Source: Fidelibacterota bacterium
GTDB lineage: Bacteria; Fidelibacterota; UBA2242; B5-G15
Assembly: GCA_017656425.1 (NCBI GenBank)
Contig: JACDNV010000003.1
Span: 164,212 to 228,211, forward strand
Length of the DNA: 64,000 nt
Direction: 5' to 3'
The translations under genes were made by a program, and so were the position numbers. The notes beneath the pieces were generated by a model that saw nothing but the letters and a program-made list of their open reading frames with translations, did no database searches and was not told the DNA's origin. The stretch's first letter is position 1; each line of letters opens with the position of its first letter. Shown here piece by piece: positions 31,782-44,258 of this stretch.

Positions 31782-32558
31782 ATGAAAAAAATTATATCAT
31801 TGGCAAATCAAAAAGGGGGCGTGGGTAAAACCACTTCGGCTATTAATATTGGTGCTTGTCTTGGAGTATCGGAGATAAAAACATTGATTGTCGATATAGA
31901 CCCTCAGTCTAACGCAACTCTCGGTTTCGGAATCGACCACAAAAACCTTGTAAATAGTATTTACGAAATACTGATAGGAAAAGCAGACGTACGAGACACA
32001 ATACAAAAAACTGAAATCCCTTATGTGGACATTTTACCGTCCGCTACAAGGCTTGTAGGAGCGGAAGTAGAACTTATAGATTTACCAGAAAGAGAATCAA
32101 TTCTGAAAAAACATTTAGAAAAAATTAAAGATGATTATCAATATATTATTATTGACTGTCCCCCAAGCCTGGGACTTTTGACAGTAAATGCACTTACGGC
32201 ATCAGACACGGTCATAATTCCAATCCAGTGTGAATACTTTGCGATGGAAGGTCTGGGACAACTTTTAAACACCATTAGGCTGGTTCAAAAAAGTTTAAAT
32301 AGGAATTTACAGATTGAAGGGGTATTACTTACCATGTTTGATACACGATTGAAACTGTCTCAGGAAGTAGCAGAACAGGTTAAAAGCCACTTTGGAGAAA
32401 AAGTTTATAAAACTATAATAAGACGAAACGTTCGCCTAGGCGAGGCACCAAGCTTTGGGAAACCAATTATACTTTATGATGCAAATTCTGCTGGGGCACA
32501 GGATTATCTATCATTAATAGGTGAAATACTGGAGAGAAATGGCGAAAAGATTAGGTAA
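31782..32558 (+). CDS. parA: Chromosome partitioning ATPase ParA/Soj
   Basis: NQKGGVGKTT, DIDPQSNAT, IDCPPSLG, QCEYFAMEG, RNVRLGEAPS. Confidence 0.96.
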   Translation: MKKIISLANQKGGVGKTTSAINIGACLGVSEIKTLIVDIDPQSNATLGFGIDHKNLVNSIYEILIGKADVRDTIQKTEIPYVDILPSATRLVGAEVELIDLPERESILKKHLEKIKDDYQYIIIDCPPSLGLLTVNALTASDTVIIPIQCEYFAMEGLGQLLNTIRLVQKSLNRNLQIEGVLLTMFDTRLKLSQEVAEQVKSHFGEKVYKTIIRRNVRLGEAPSFGKPIILYDANSAGAQDYLSLIGEILERNGEKIR

Positions 32559-33396
32559 GGGATTAGACGCTATAATTCCTGACTTATCAAAAGATATTGA
32601 ATCTGAATATAGAATCGCTGAGATAGAAATCGATAATATCAGAGTGAATCCACTACAGCCAAGGAAAGAATTTAATGATGAAAGAATGGAAGAATTAAGG
32701 AAATCTGTAAAAGAAAAAGGTATTATTCAGCCTATAACGGTGCGAGCTATTGGTGATAGTTATGAACTTATAGCGGGAGAAAGAAGGTTAAGGGCTGCCC
32801 GCGATGTAGGGCTAAAAACTATCCCGGCTTATATCATTCCTGTTGACACTGACGTGGAATTGGTGGAACTTGCTCTGATAGAAAATCTACAGAGAGAGGA
32901 TTTAAATCCCATAGAAGAGGCAAATGCTTATCACGTACTTGCTAATGCTTTTAATCTTTCCCATGAGGAAATAGCCCGCAGAGTGGGCAAAGATAGATCA
33001 ACAATTACAAATTCATTGAGACTACTTAATCTGCCAGAGCAGATAAAGAATGACCTCAAAAATGGTGTCTTGACTCAAGGGCATGCCAGAGCAATTCTTT
33101 CAATTAAGGATGAAAAAACTCAGATCAAGATCTGGGAAAGAATAAAAAAAGCAAACTTAAGCGTAAGAAAAGTCGAAGGTATTGTCAGAAAATATGAAAA
33201 AAAGGAACAGTTAAAAAGAGAACAAAAGGAGGAATTATCACCTTTTGTAAAAGATATTGAGCAAAAATTAAGGCACTTTTTTGGAACTAAAGTAAAAATA
33301 AATGGTAATGAAAGTAAAGGTAAGATTGAAATTGAGTATTATTCATCCGAAGATCTCAATAGAGTCCTGGAATTGATTGAAAATAAAGGGGAATGA
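32539..33396 (+). CDS. parB: Chromosome partitioning protein ParB/Spo0J
   Basis: LGKGL, QPRKEF, AGERRLRA, ENLQREDLNPIEEA, HTH, GHARA. Confidence 0.96.
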   Translation: MAKRLGKGLDAIIPDLSKDIESEYRIAEIEIDNIRVNPLQPRKEFNDERMEELRKSVKEKGIIQPITVRAIGDSYELIAGERRLRAARDVGLKTIPAYIIPVDTDVELVELALIENLQREDLNPIEEANAYHVLANAFNLSHEEIARRVGKDRSTITNSLRLLNLPEQIKNDLKNGVLTQGHARAILSIKDEKTQIKIWERIKKANLSVRKVEGIVRKYEKKEQLKREQKEELSPFVKDIEQKLRHFFGTKVKINGNESKGKIEIEYYSSEDLNRVLELIENKGE

Positions 33397-34217
33397 GCTT
33401 GACAAAAGGTTATTACATATTTCAGTTAATAACAAGTGAAAAGAAAAAACCATTTTCGATAAAGGTAAGTACAAACTTTTTAAAAATTTTTATAATCATA
33501 ATACTCACCTTAATCGTTACCATTGGGATTTTTACCTATATCTATTTACCTAAGGCAATAAACTATGATAAACTGATGGGAGAAAACGAAAAATTGATAA
33601 AGGATAGGTTAAAAATAATCAAAATATTATCGGATTATAATAGAATAAAACAGATAGATCATTATATAAGATCAGTATTGGGAGCTGACCTTGCTCTATC
33701 AGGACCTGATACCTCATACATGTCTGAAACCGATGAAAACTTTGATGCAAAACTTCTAGAAAATAAATCTCTTGAGATAAGTTTCCTTGATAACATGCCA
33801 ATAACACCACCAGTTGACGGAGGATATATCACACAGGGTTTTGTTACTGATAACCTTTTTGAAGAAGATAATCACTATGGCATTGACATAGCAGCACCAG
33901 AAGGAGCTCCGGTAAAAGCAGCCGCATCAGGCATTGTTATTTTTTCGAACTGGTCATATCACTATGGTAACATGATAATCATTTATCATCAGGGCGGATA
34001 CTTTTCAATATATGGACACAACTCAAGAAATATTGCAAGAGAGCATCAGATGGTTGAAAGAGGTGAGGTAATAGCATTTGTGGGAAACACTGGAGAGAGC
34101 GAGGGACCGCATCTTCACTTTGAAATATGGAAAGATGGTATGCCAATAGACCCCCAAAAAATTATATATGCCTACAAGGATAAAAATATATCATTTAGCA
34201 GTATGGAGGTTAAGTGA
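33393..34217 (+). CDS. Membrane-anchored M23 metallopeptidase
   Basis: TM + coiled coil; HYGID and GPHLHFE motifs. Confidence 0.92.
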   Translation: MSLTKGYYIFQLITSEKKKPFSIKVSTNFLKIFIIIILTLIVTIGIFTYIYLPKAINYDKLMGENEKLIKDRLKIIKILSDYNRIKQIDHYIRSVLGADLALSGPDTSYMSETDENFDAKLLENKSLEISFLDNMPITPPVDGGYITQGFVTDNLFEEDNHYGIDIAAPEGAPVKAAASGIVIFSNWSYHYGNMIIIYHQGGYFSIYGHNSRNIAREHQMVERGEVIAFVGNTGESEGPHLHFEIWKDGMPIDPQKIIYAYKDKNISFSSMEVK

Positions 34218-34597
34218 TTAAGGGAAAAGAAGCTGCTGTAAACACAATAATAGGCGAAGGTGCAACCATAGAGGGTGATATTAGACTTGACGGTAATATT
34301 CTTGTCTATGGCAATATAATAGGGAATATAGAAACCAAAGGTACAATTACTATAGCAGCTGGAGCAGATATAAAAGGAAAACTTATTGGGAATGACATTT
34401 TGATAAGTGGTAATGTTGAAGGAAATATTTACGCAGTTGGTAGGGTTGCACTAAGTAACAAAGCTAATCTTAAGGGAGATGTGACAGCAAAAACAATTTC
34501 TATCGAAGAGGGCGCAAAATTTGAAGGTAGATGTGACATGAAAGGTTATAAACCTTCAAAGGAAAGTGAAAAAATTGATAAAAAAACATCTCTCTAA
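34214..34597 (+). CDS. Bactofilin (polymer-forming cytoskeletal protein)
   Basis: TIIGEG...IEGDI, beta-helix repeats, IEEGAKFEGRC. Confidence 0.93.
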   Translation: MIKGKEAAVNTIIGEGATIEGDIRLDGNILVYGNIIGNIETKGTITIAAGADIKGKLIGNDILISGNVEGNIYAVGRVALSNKANLKGDVTAKTISIEEGAKFEGRCDMKGYKPSKESEKIDKKTSL

Positions 34598-34814
34598 GGA
34601 AAATATAAATTTCATTGGATATCTGGGCATAGGATTAAATATAGCAATAACAATCTTCATATTCGTAATGATAGGATATTTTGTTGATAAAAAGTTCAAT
34701 ACTTTACCTCAGGGCACTATTCTTGGAGGACTTGCTGGATTTATTTTTGGAATGAGAACTCTTTTTTTAACAGTAAAAAAGGTCTCTTCCAAGAAGGAAG
34801 ATAAAAAAAATTGA
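34566..34814 (+). CDS. AtpZ/AtpI-family two-TM protein
   Basis: GIGLNIA...IGYFVDKKFNTLP...GG pattern; upstream of atpB. Confidence 0.8.
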   Translation: MKKLIKKHLSKENINFIGYLGIGLNIAITIFIFVMIGYFVDKKFNTLPQGTILGGLAGFIFGMRTLFLTVKKVSSKKEDKKN

Positions 34815-35158
34815 TTTTTGTTGTTAAGTATATATTTGTTATCTATCTGCTAAATTTTATATATTGCCTTATCCACGAAATAGAACATATTGGCGAGCTT
34901 GTACTAATAAAATTGGTTATAACACCCTTATTTATGCCTACTTTTTATGTTATTTACAAAAATAGAGATAGAAACTTAATATTTTATATTTTTAAGTACA
35001 TCAGTTTTATTATAATTAGGCTGATTATTATCTCAATTTTTATAATATTGATATTTAAATATGGTAGCTTTAACTTCAATGCCATCTTAGGTGGTTCTTT
35101 GTCACTATATATTTATCTATTGGGAATAGAAGTTTTTACACTTTTAAAAGAACATTGA
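34811..35158 (+). CDS. Hydrophobic protein, probable AtpI-like
   Basis: About 4 TM helices, position directly before atpB. Confidence 0.5.
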   Translation: MIFVVKYIFVIYLLNFIYCLIHEIEHIGELVLIKLVITPLFMPTFYVIYKNRDRNLIFYIFKYISFIIIRLIIISIFIILIFKYGSFNFNAILGGSLSLYIYLLGIEVFTLLKEH

Positions 35159-35165
35159 TTAAAGT

Positions 35166-35960
35166 ATGGAAAAATCAGGTAGCTTCATATTAGAATATTT
35201 AAAAGACACAAAATACTATGAATTATTTGGTCACAAGATACAGCTACCACAATTACCACCAATTAACATCCTAGGCATCAGTATTGATTTATCTATAACC
35301 AGAAACGTTGTTTTGCTATTCATTTCGTCACTTATAATATTCCTATCATTTTATTTTTCATTCAGGAAAGAAAAATTGATACCTAACAGATTCGCTCTTT
35401 TACTTGAATATATCATAATATTTATCAGGGATAACATTGTATATCCAACGCTCGGACGAAAGTTAGGAGATAAATATTTTCCTTTTATAGCAACACTATT
35501 TTTGTTTATAATAATTTCAAACCTCATGGGGCTTGTACCTTTTATGGCAAGTCCTACATCAAACCTGAGTGTCACAGCTGGGTTATCTCTTGTAGTCTTT
35601 TTTGTAATATTATATGAGGGAATAAAAACACACGGTTTATTTGGCTATTTTAAGAGTCTGATACCAGGAGGTATACCTTTCTGGCTAATACCTGTCATGC
35701 TCCCCATGGAGATAATAGGGTTACTAATCAGAGTAACTGTTCTTGCAATAAGGTTGTTTGCAAATATGCTTTCTGGACACATAAATATAATTATACTGTT
35801 TTTTCTGGTAATTTTAACAAAATCATTACTCATAAGTCCATTAGCACTTGGTATTGCAATATTTGTTTCTCTTATTGAATTACTAGTAGCTTTTATTCAA
35901 GCTTATATTTTTTCAATATTAAGCGTAATGTTTATAAGTATGAGTATAAAGTCGCATTAA
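35166..35960 (+). CDS. atpB: F0 ATP synthase subunit a
   Basis: SNLMGLVP, PTSNLSVT, AIRLFANM (essential Arg), FIQAYIF. Confidence 0.95.
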   Translation: MEKSGSFILEYLKDTKYYELFGHKIQLPQLPPINILGISIDLSITRNVVLLFISSLIIFLSFYFSFRKEKLIPNRFALLLEYIIIFIRDNIVYPTLGRKLGDKYFPFIATLFLFIIISNLMGLVPFMASPTSNLSVTAGLSLVVFFVILYEGIKTHGLFGYFKSLIPGGIPFWLIPVMLPMEIIGLLIRVTVLAIRLFANMLSGHINIIILFFLVILTKSLLISPLALGIAIFVSLIELLVAFIQAYIFSILSVMFISMSIKSH

Positions 35961-36200
<240 letters not shown>

Positions 36201-36214
36201 ATAGCTGGTAAAAA

Positions 36215-36706
36215 ATGCTTGAAATTGAGCCTGGATTAACTATCTGGACAATTGTAATATTCATAATACTTCTTTTCCTTCTGAAAAAATATGCATACAA
36301 ACCTATCAACAATCTTATAAAAAAACAGGAAAACACTATTCGTGGAGCAATTGAACGTGCCACACAACTAAGAATGGAAGCAGAGGAAAATAAAAAACAA
36401 TCAGAGAAATTATTAGATCAGGCAAGGATAGAATCCAGAAAAATTATTGATGATGCATTAGAAAAAGCTGAAAAGATAAAAGAGGGAATTATCGATGAGG
36501 CAAGAAAATCTGCAACTCAACTTCTTGAAAAAGCAAAACAGGAAATAGATAGAGAAAAGGCAAAAGCGAAAAAGGATCTCGAAAGAATACTCGTTGACAT
36601 TGCCGCTGATTTTACAGAAAAAATATTAAAAAGAAAGGTAACTATTGACGATCAAAGAAAGCTCATTGAAGAATCTTTGAAAAATATTGGGGATAGACTA
36701 TCTTGA
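36215..36706 (+). CDS. atpF: F0 ATP synthase subunit b
   Basis: PGLTIWT TM, KYAYKPI, long coiled coil. Confidence 0.93.
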   Translation: MLEIEPGLTIWTIVIFIILLFLLKKYAYKPINNLIKKQENTIRGAIERATQLRMEAEENKKQSEKLLDQARIESRKIIDDALEKAEKIKEGIIDEARKSATQLLEKAKQEIDREKAKAKKDLERILVDIAADFTEKILKRKVTIDDQRKLIEESLKNIGDRLS

Positions 36707-37236
36707 AAAATAGAAAAATAAAAGCAATTGCATCTGCCTTGTATGAAACTTCGACGAAAGAAGGATTTCAACCAGAATTATTCGAATTTTTAAAACTACT
36801 TTACAAATTCTTAAAAGATACTTCCAGTAAACGACCCTTGAAAATAAATACTTCATTTAATTTTATTAATGAAATAGGAGAGTATTACAGGAGCGAAATA
36901 AGAACAATCACCAATTTTCTTTTTGAAGAATACAAATTTTTAAAAATCCCCAAAAATCTGAATAAGCTAATTAACACTCTTGAAGATATCCATCTTATAG
37001 AAACAGGCACAGAAATGGTAAATGTTGAAACCCCCAACGTCCTGGATGAGGATGAAAAAATTAAAATTGAAAACAAATTGAAAGAGACGCTAAATAAAAA
37101 AGTCATCTGTAACTATAAGATAAACCCCGAGCTAATTGGTGGGATTAGAATCCAGATAAAAGATAAACTATTAGACTGTTCTATAAAGGGCAGAATAGAA
37201 AGAATAAAAAGGGCTATCCTTGAGGAGAAATCATAA
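36703..37236 (+). CDS. atpH: F1 delta subunit (divergent N-terminus)
   Basis: INPELIGGIRIQIKDKLLDCSIK; position. Confidence 0.88.
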   Translation: MKNRKIKAIASALYETSTKEGFQPELFEFLKLLYKFLKDTSSKRPLKINTSFNFINEIGEYYRSEIRTITNFLFEEYKFLKIPKNLNKLINTLEDIHLIETGTEMVNVETPNVLDEDEKIKIENKLKETLNKKVICNYKINPELIGGIRIQIKDKLLDCSIKGRIERIKRAILEEKS

Positions 37237-38763
37237 ATGAGGAATAGTGATGAACTTGTAGCCACTATAAGGAAAAAGCTTGAAAATCTACTTGAAGAGG
37301 AGAAAGTTGAGGAAGTCGGAGAGGTTATTCAAGTTGCCGACGGAATGGCTACCATTTACGGATTATCAGGAGTAATGGCAAGTGAAATGATAGAATTCGA
37401 AAGTGGTCAAATAGGAATGGTAATGAATCTTGATGAAGATACAGTGAGTGCAATCATTCTTGGCGACATTGAAGGTGTAAAAGAAGGAGAGAAAGTTAGA
37501 CGAACATATAACACAATGCAAATTGGTGTGGGTAAGGAAATCCTTGGACGGGTTATAAATCCTATTGGAATACCGCTGGATGATAAAGGTAAAATAGATT
37601 TCAAAGAATTTTATCCAATCGAAAGAACTGCACCTGGAGTAGTGGATAGACAACCAGTAAAAGAGGCGCTTCAGACTGGTATCAAAGCCATCGATTCTAT
37701 GATACCAATTGGCAGGGGACAGAGAGAATTAATAATTGGTGATAGACAATTAGGAAAGACAGCAATAACAATTGACACAATCATCAATCAAAAATATACA
37801 CATAAAACGGACTCACCAGTCTATTGTATATATGTCGCTATTGGACAAAAAGTAAGCACTGTTGCAAGAGTTATAGATACTTTAAAAAATTACGGTGCTA
37901 TGGACTATACCGTTGTGGTTGCGGCAAATGCAAGCGACCCAGCCGCATTACAGTATATTGCACCTTACGCTGGATGTTCTATCGGTGAATGGTTTCGTGA
38001 CAATGGAATGCATGCACTAATCATTTACGATGACCTGACAAAACACGCCTGGGCATACAGACAGTTATCCCTTCTTTTAAGAAGACCACCCGGAAGAGAA
38101 GCTTATCCAGGAGACATATTTTATCTCCACTCAAGACTCCTTGAAAGAGCAGCTAAATTAAGTGATGAGCTTGGCGGTGGCAGCCTTACAGCTCTTCCGA
38201 TTGTAGAAACCCAAGCAGGTGATATATCTGCATATATTCCAACAAATATTATCTCAATTACCGATGGGCAAATATACCTGGAAGGCAATCTTTTCTACTC
38301 AGGTATAAGACCTGCAATAAATCCTGGAATCAGTGTTTCCCGTGTCGGGGGGAATGCCCAGATAGAAGCTATGAAACAGGTAGCTGGCTCACTTAGATTA
38401 GACCTTGCTCAATATAGAGAGCTTGAAACATTCTCAAAATTTGGTTCCGAACTTGACGCAAGCGCAAGAAACTTACTTATCCGTGGTGAAACTCTTACAG
38501 AATTACTTAAGCAGGATCAATACGAACCAATGCCAGTTGAGGAACAAATCTTGATTCTTTTTGCTGGAGTAAATGGTTTTTTTGATGATATAGATATAGA
38601 TGAAGTAAGGAAATTTGAAAAGGAATTAATCAATTTTATAAAAATTAATAAGCCCGATATAATAAAGGAAATTAATGAGAAAAAGGTAATTTCAAAGCAG
38701 TTAGAGGAAAAGCTTAGAGAGTCAATTAAAAAGTTTAAACTTCAATTACTGAAGAACAAGTGA
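37237..38763 (+). CDS. atpA: F1 alpha subunit
   Basis: [36 protein letters not shown]. Confidence 0.98.
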   Translation: MRNSDELVATIRKKLENLLEEEKVEEVGEVIQVADGMATIYGLSGVMASEMIEFESGQIGMVMNLDEDTVSAIILGDIEGVKEGEKVRRTYNTMQIGVGKEILGRVINPIGIPLDDKGKIDFKEFYPIERTAPGVVDRQPVKEALQTGIKAIDSMIPIGRGQRELIIGDRQLGKTAITIDTIINQKYTHKTDSPVYCIYVAIGQKVSTVARVIDTLKNYGAMDYTVVVAANASDPAALQYIAPYAGCSIGEWFRDNGMHALIIYDDLTKHAWAYRQLSLLLRRPPGREAYPGDIFYLHSRLLERAAKLSDELGGGSLTALPIVETQAGDISAYIPTNIISITDGQIYLEGNLFYSGIRPAINPGISVSRVGGNAQIEAMKQVAGSLRLDLAQYRELETFSKFGSELDASARNLLIRGETLTELLKQDQYEPMPVEEQILILFAGVNGFFDDIDIDEVRKFEKELINFIKINKPDIIKEINEKKVISKQLEEKLRESIKKFKLQLLKNK

Positions 38764-38775
38764 TATTGAGATAAT

Positions 38776-39636
38776 ATGTCGTTAACGCTAAGAAAAATAA
38801 AATCAAAAATTAGAAGTGTCGGGGATATCCAGAACATAATCGACAGCATGCATACCATTTCAACAATAAAAATAAAAAAAGCTCATGATGCCTTATTTAA
38901 AGCAAGAGAATATTCAGAAAATATATCTATTCTTTTTAATGACCTATTACCATCTATTGACCGCTCTATTCATCCTCTTCTTACTGAAAGAGAACCTGTA
39001 AACAAATTATATATAATTATAACCTCTGATCATGGATTATGCGGTTCATTCAATTCAAATATTATTTCAACAGCTGAAAAAGAATTCTCATATCTTGATA
39101 AAGATGAACTTTTCCTTATATGTGTGGGAAAGAAAGGGCAGGAATATTTTACTGCCAAAGGTTACAACGTAATTGGTGAATACATCAGATTTTTTGATGA
39201 GCTTGGATACCAGCACGCTATGGAAGTAGCAAAAGTTGTAATGGACTTATTTATGCTGTTTGAGATTGATAGAGCGACAATTATTTATAATGAATACAAA
39301 AGCATGATAAGGCAAAGTGTTGTAATTCAACAATATCTACCATTAGTAAGAAGACCTGCTTCTAAAAAATTATCTGGTAGCATGTTACTAATACCATCGG
39401 CAGAGGACATAGTAAGAAATTTGATTCCTCAATATCTGAACATACAAATGTGGGAATGTTTATTGGAATCATATGCAGCAGAGCAAGCCGCCAGAATGAT
39501 GGCAATGGAATCATCAAGCCAAAATGCAAAGCAGATGCTGAATGAGTTGAATTTGGAATACAACAAAACAAGACAGAATGAGATAACATCAGAGTTGATA
39601 GATGTTGTTGGAGGTATTAAATCGGCTATTCATTAA
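38776..39636 (+). CDS. atpG: F1 gamma subunit
   Basis: SDHGLCGSFN, EQAARMMAM, YNKTRQNEITSEL. Confidence 0.95.
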   Translation: MSLTLRKIKSKIRSVGDIQNIIDSMHTISTIKIKKAHDALFKAREYSENISILFNDLLPSIDRSIHPLLTEREPVNKLYIIITSDHGLCGSFNSNIISTAEKEFSYLDKDELFLICVGKKGQEYFTAKGYNVIGEYIRFFDELGYQHAMEVAKVVMDLFMLFEIDRATIIYNEYKSMIRQSVVIQQYLPLVRRPASKKLSGSMLLIPSAEDIVRNLIPQYLNIQMWECLLESYAAEQAARMMAMESSSQNAKQMLNELNLEYNKTRQNEITSELIDVVGGIKSAIH

Positions 39637-39644
39637 AAACGTAG

Positions 39645-41451
<1,807 letters not shown>

Positions 41452-41467
41452 TACGGAGGTTGCAATA

Positions 41468-43234
41468 ATGATAAAAAGGACACACACATGTGGTGAGCTT
41501 AGAATAACTGATGCTGGAAAAGAGGTAGCTTTATGCGGATGGATAAATACCAGTAGAGACCACGGTGGTCTAATTTTCATCGATCTTAGAGATAGATATG
41601 GAATTACACAGATAGTCTTTGATCAATCGACGTGTGGAGACTTTTATGAAACAGCTAAGAAACTGGGCTATGAAGACGTAATTGGAATCAAAGGTATCGT
41701 CAGGAAAAGACCAGAAGACACAATAAACCCCAATCTCGAAACAGGTGAGATAGAAGTAGTCGTAAAGGAACTCGAAGTATATAATGAGTCCAAACCATTA
41801 CCATTTATGGTAACTGATCGATCAACTGCTCTTGAGAATCTAAGGCTTAAATATAGATACCTCGACCTTAGAACTAAAGAAATGCAAAGAAATATCATTT
41901 TAAGACATAAAGCTGCTCAGAGTGTTAGGGAATATTATAATAATAATGGATTTTTAGAAATCGAAACCCCTTTCCTCATGAAAAGCACTCCTGAGGGAGC
42001 AAGAGATTTTCTTGTACCCAGTCGACTACATAGAGGGAAATTTTACGCACTACCTCAGTCACCACAGATGTTCAAACAGATTTTAATGATCGCTGGTTTT
42101 GATAAGTATTATCAGATAGTAAAATGTTTCAGGGACGAAGACCTGCGTTCTGACAGGCAGCCAGAGTTTACACAAATCGATGTAGAAATGTCATTTGTAG
42201 AAGAGACTGATGTAATAAATTCTACCGAACAAATGATAAAAAAAGTATTTAAAGATACTGTTGGTTATGAATTTACTGAAAAATTTCCTATAATCACATA
42301 CGAAGAGGCTATGAGGAGATACGGCACAGATAGCCCCGATATCAGATTTGGTCTTGAACTAAAAGAGGTAAGCAAACTATTCCTTGAAACTGATTTTAAC
42401 GTTTTTAAAAATATTATTAATGAAGAAAAAGGCTCTGTAGTAGGTTTATGTATTCCCGACTCAATGGAATTAACAAGGATGGAGATTGATAGAACAGTTG
42501 AACTTGTCAAACAATGGGGTGGTCGGGGACTTGCATGGACAAGATTCACTGAAAATGGATTTGAGGGGGGAATAGGTAAATTTATCTCCCCAATAAAAGA
42601 TTCTATTTTAAAAACTCTTAATGCAAAACAAGGGAGTATTTTACTTTTTATTGGCGATACAAAATATAAACCTTATGAATTGATGGGAATGCTTCGAGTC
42701 TATATTGCAGATAAATTAAAAATACCAAAATCGGACAAATTCAAAGCAGTATGGGTGGTTAATTTCCCATTACTTGAATGGGATGACGATGAAAAAAGAT
42801 ACAAAGCGGTTCACCATCCATTTACAGCACCAAGACCTGAAGACATCGAGCTTCTTGATACTGATCCAGAAAAAGTTAGATCAAGAGCTTATGATATTAT
42901 AATAAATGGAACTGAAATTGGTGGTGGCAGCATCAGGAATCACAGAGTTGATGTTCAGAAAAAAGTGTTCAAAGTGCTTGGAATATCCGAAGAAGAAGCA
43001 CAGGAAAAATTCGGTTTTCTATTAGAAGCACTATCTTTTGGCGCTCCTCCTCACGGTGGTATAGCACTGGGATTTGATCGACTAGTTATGCTTCTTGCAG
43101 GAGAGGATAGTCTTAGAGATATAATTGCTTTTCCAAAAACAAAAAATGGAATAAGTCCAATGGATGGTTCACCAACTGAAGTAAATGAAGAACAATTAAA
43201 AGAATTAGGAATCAAAATAGTTAGATATGAATAA
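41468..43234 (+). CDS. aspS: Aspartate-tRNA ligase
   Basis: RTHTCGELR, RDHGG, ALPQSPQ, FRDED, PPHGGIALGFDR; GGAGGT RBS before 41468. Confidence 0.97.
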   Translation: MIKRTHTCGELRITDAGKEVALCGWINTSRDHGGLIFIDLRDRYGITQIVFDQSTCGDFYETAKKLGYEDVIGIKGIVRKRPEDTINPNLETGEIEVVVKELEVYNESKPLPFMVTDRSTALENLRLKYRYLDLRTKEMQRNIILRHKAAQSVREYYNNNGFLEIETPFLMKSTPEGARDFLVPSRLHRGKFYALPQSPQMFKQILMIAGFDKYYQIVKCFRDEDLRSDRQPEFTQIDVEMSFVEETDVINSTEQMIKKVFKDTVGYEFTEKFPIITYEEAMRRYGTDSPDIRFGLELKEVSKLFLETDFNVFKNIINEEKGSVVGLCIPDSMELTRMEIDRTVELVKQWGGRGLAWTRFTENGFEGGIGKFISPIKDSILKTLNAKQGSILLFIGDTKYKPYELMGMLRVYIADKLKIPKSDKFKAVWVVNFPLLEWDDDEKRYKAVHHPFTAPRPEDIELLDTDPEKVRSRAYDIIINGTEIGGGSIRNHRVDVQKKVFKVLGISEEEAQEKFGFLLEALSFGAPPHGGIALGFDRLVMLLAGEDSLRDIIAFPKTKNGISPMDGSPTEVNEEQLKELGIKIVRYE

Positions 43235-43257
43235 AAAATAAAAGAGTCAATGGAAGG

Positions 43258-44244
43258 ATGAAAGATATAGAAACACAAAAAAAGATGAAAACAAAAATAA
43301 TAGAAATTAAAGGGGTTGATCCCTTCCTTGTATATGGGACAAATGATTTTTATTTAAATATAATCGAAGAAAACCTCAAGTTAAAGATATTCGCCCGAGG
43401 AAATATAATTACCTTAGAGGGTGAGGATGAATCAATCCAAAAGGCTGATAGAATCTTTGGCGAAATGTTACTGACAATAAACCAGAAGGGATATGTGAGC
43501 GAAGACGATGTGAGAACTCTCGTTCATATTGAAAAAGAAGGGCTGATCAAGGAAGAGGATATTTCACCAAGTACAGTTATACTATACACTAAAAACGGAG
43601 CTATAAAACCAAGGACAAAAAATCAGGAAGAATACTATAAATCCTCGTTAAACAATGACATCGTATTTGCAATTGGACCTGCAGGAACTGGTAAAACATA
43701 TCTTGCTGTTGCCATGGCCATTGCAGCTTTAAAGAACCATGAGGTACAGAAAATTATCCTGACCAGACCAGCTGTAGAAGCAGGAGAAAAACTTGGCTTT
43801 CTGCCTGGGGATTTAAGAGAAAAAATAGATCCATATCTTACCCCGCTATATGATGCTTTATACGATATGCTACCGCTGGAAAAAATGAAGACACTTATTG
43901 ATCAAAAAATTGTTGAAGTAATACCACTCGCATACATGCGAGGGAGGACATTGAATAATGCATACGTTATTCTTGATGAAGCTCAGAATACTACAAGTAT
44001 GCAAATGAAGATGTTTCTAACCAGGCTTGGAGCAAGTTCAAAAGCAATTGTGACAGGAGATGTAACGCAAATCGATCTGCCTGATAAAACCACTTCCGGT
44101 TTAATTGAAGCAGAAAGTATTTTAAAAGGTATTGAAGGAATCGGATTTGTTTATTTTGATGAAAGTGATGTTATAAGGCATAAGCTTGTAACAAGAATAA
44201 TAAAAGCTTACGATAAGAAGAATGATAAAAAGAACGCTAAATAA
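43258..44244 (+). CDS. PhoH family ATPase
   Basis: GPAGTGKT, RPAVEAGE, YMRGRTL, LDEAQN, TGDVTQIDLP. Confidence 0.95.
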   Translation: MKDIETQKKMKTKIIEIKGVDPFLVYGTNDFYLNIIEENLKLKIFARGNIITLEGEDESIQKADRIFGEMLLTINQKGYVSEDDVRTLVHIEKEGLIKEEDISPSTVILYTKNGAIKPRTKNQEEYYKSSLNNDIVFAIGPAGTGKTYLAVAMAIAALKNHEVQKIILTRPAVEAGEKLGFLPGDLREKIDPYLTPLYDALYDMLPLEKMKTLIDQKIVEVIPLAYMRGRTLNNAYVILDEAQNTTSMQMKMFLTRLGASSKAIVTGDVTQIDLPDKTTSGLIEAESILKGIEGIGFVYFDESDVIRHKLVTRIIKAYDKKNDKKNAK

Positions 44245-44258
44245 CAAGAAAAGTAAAT

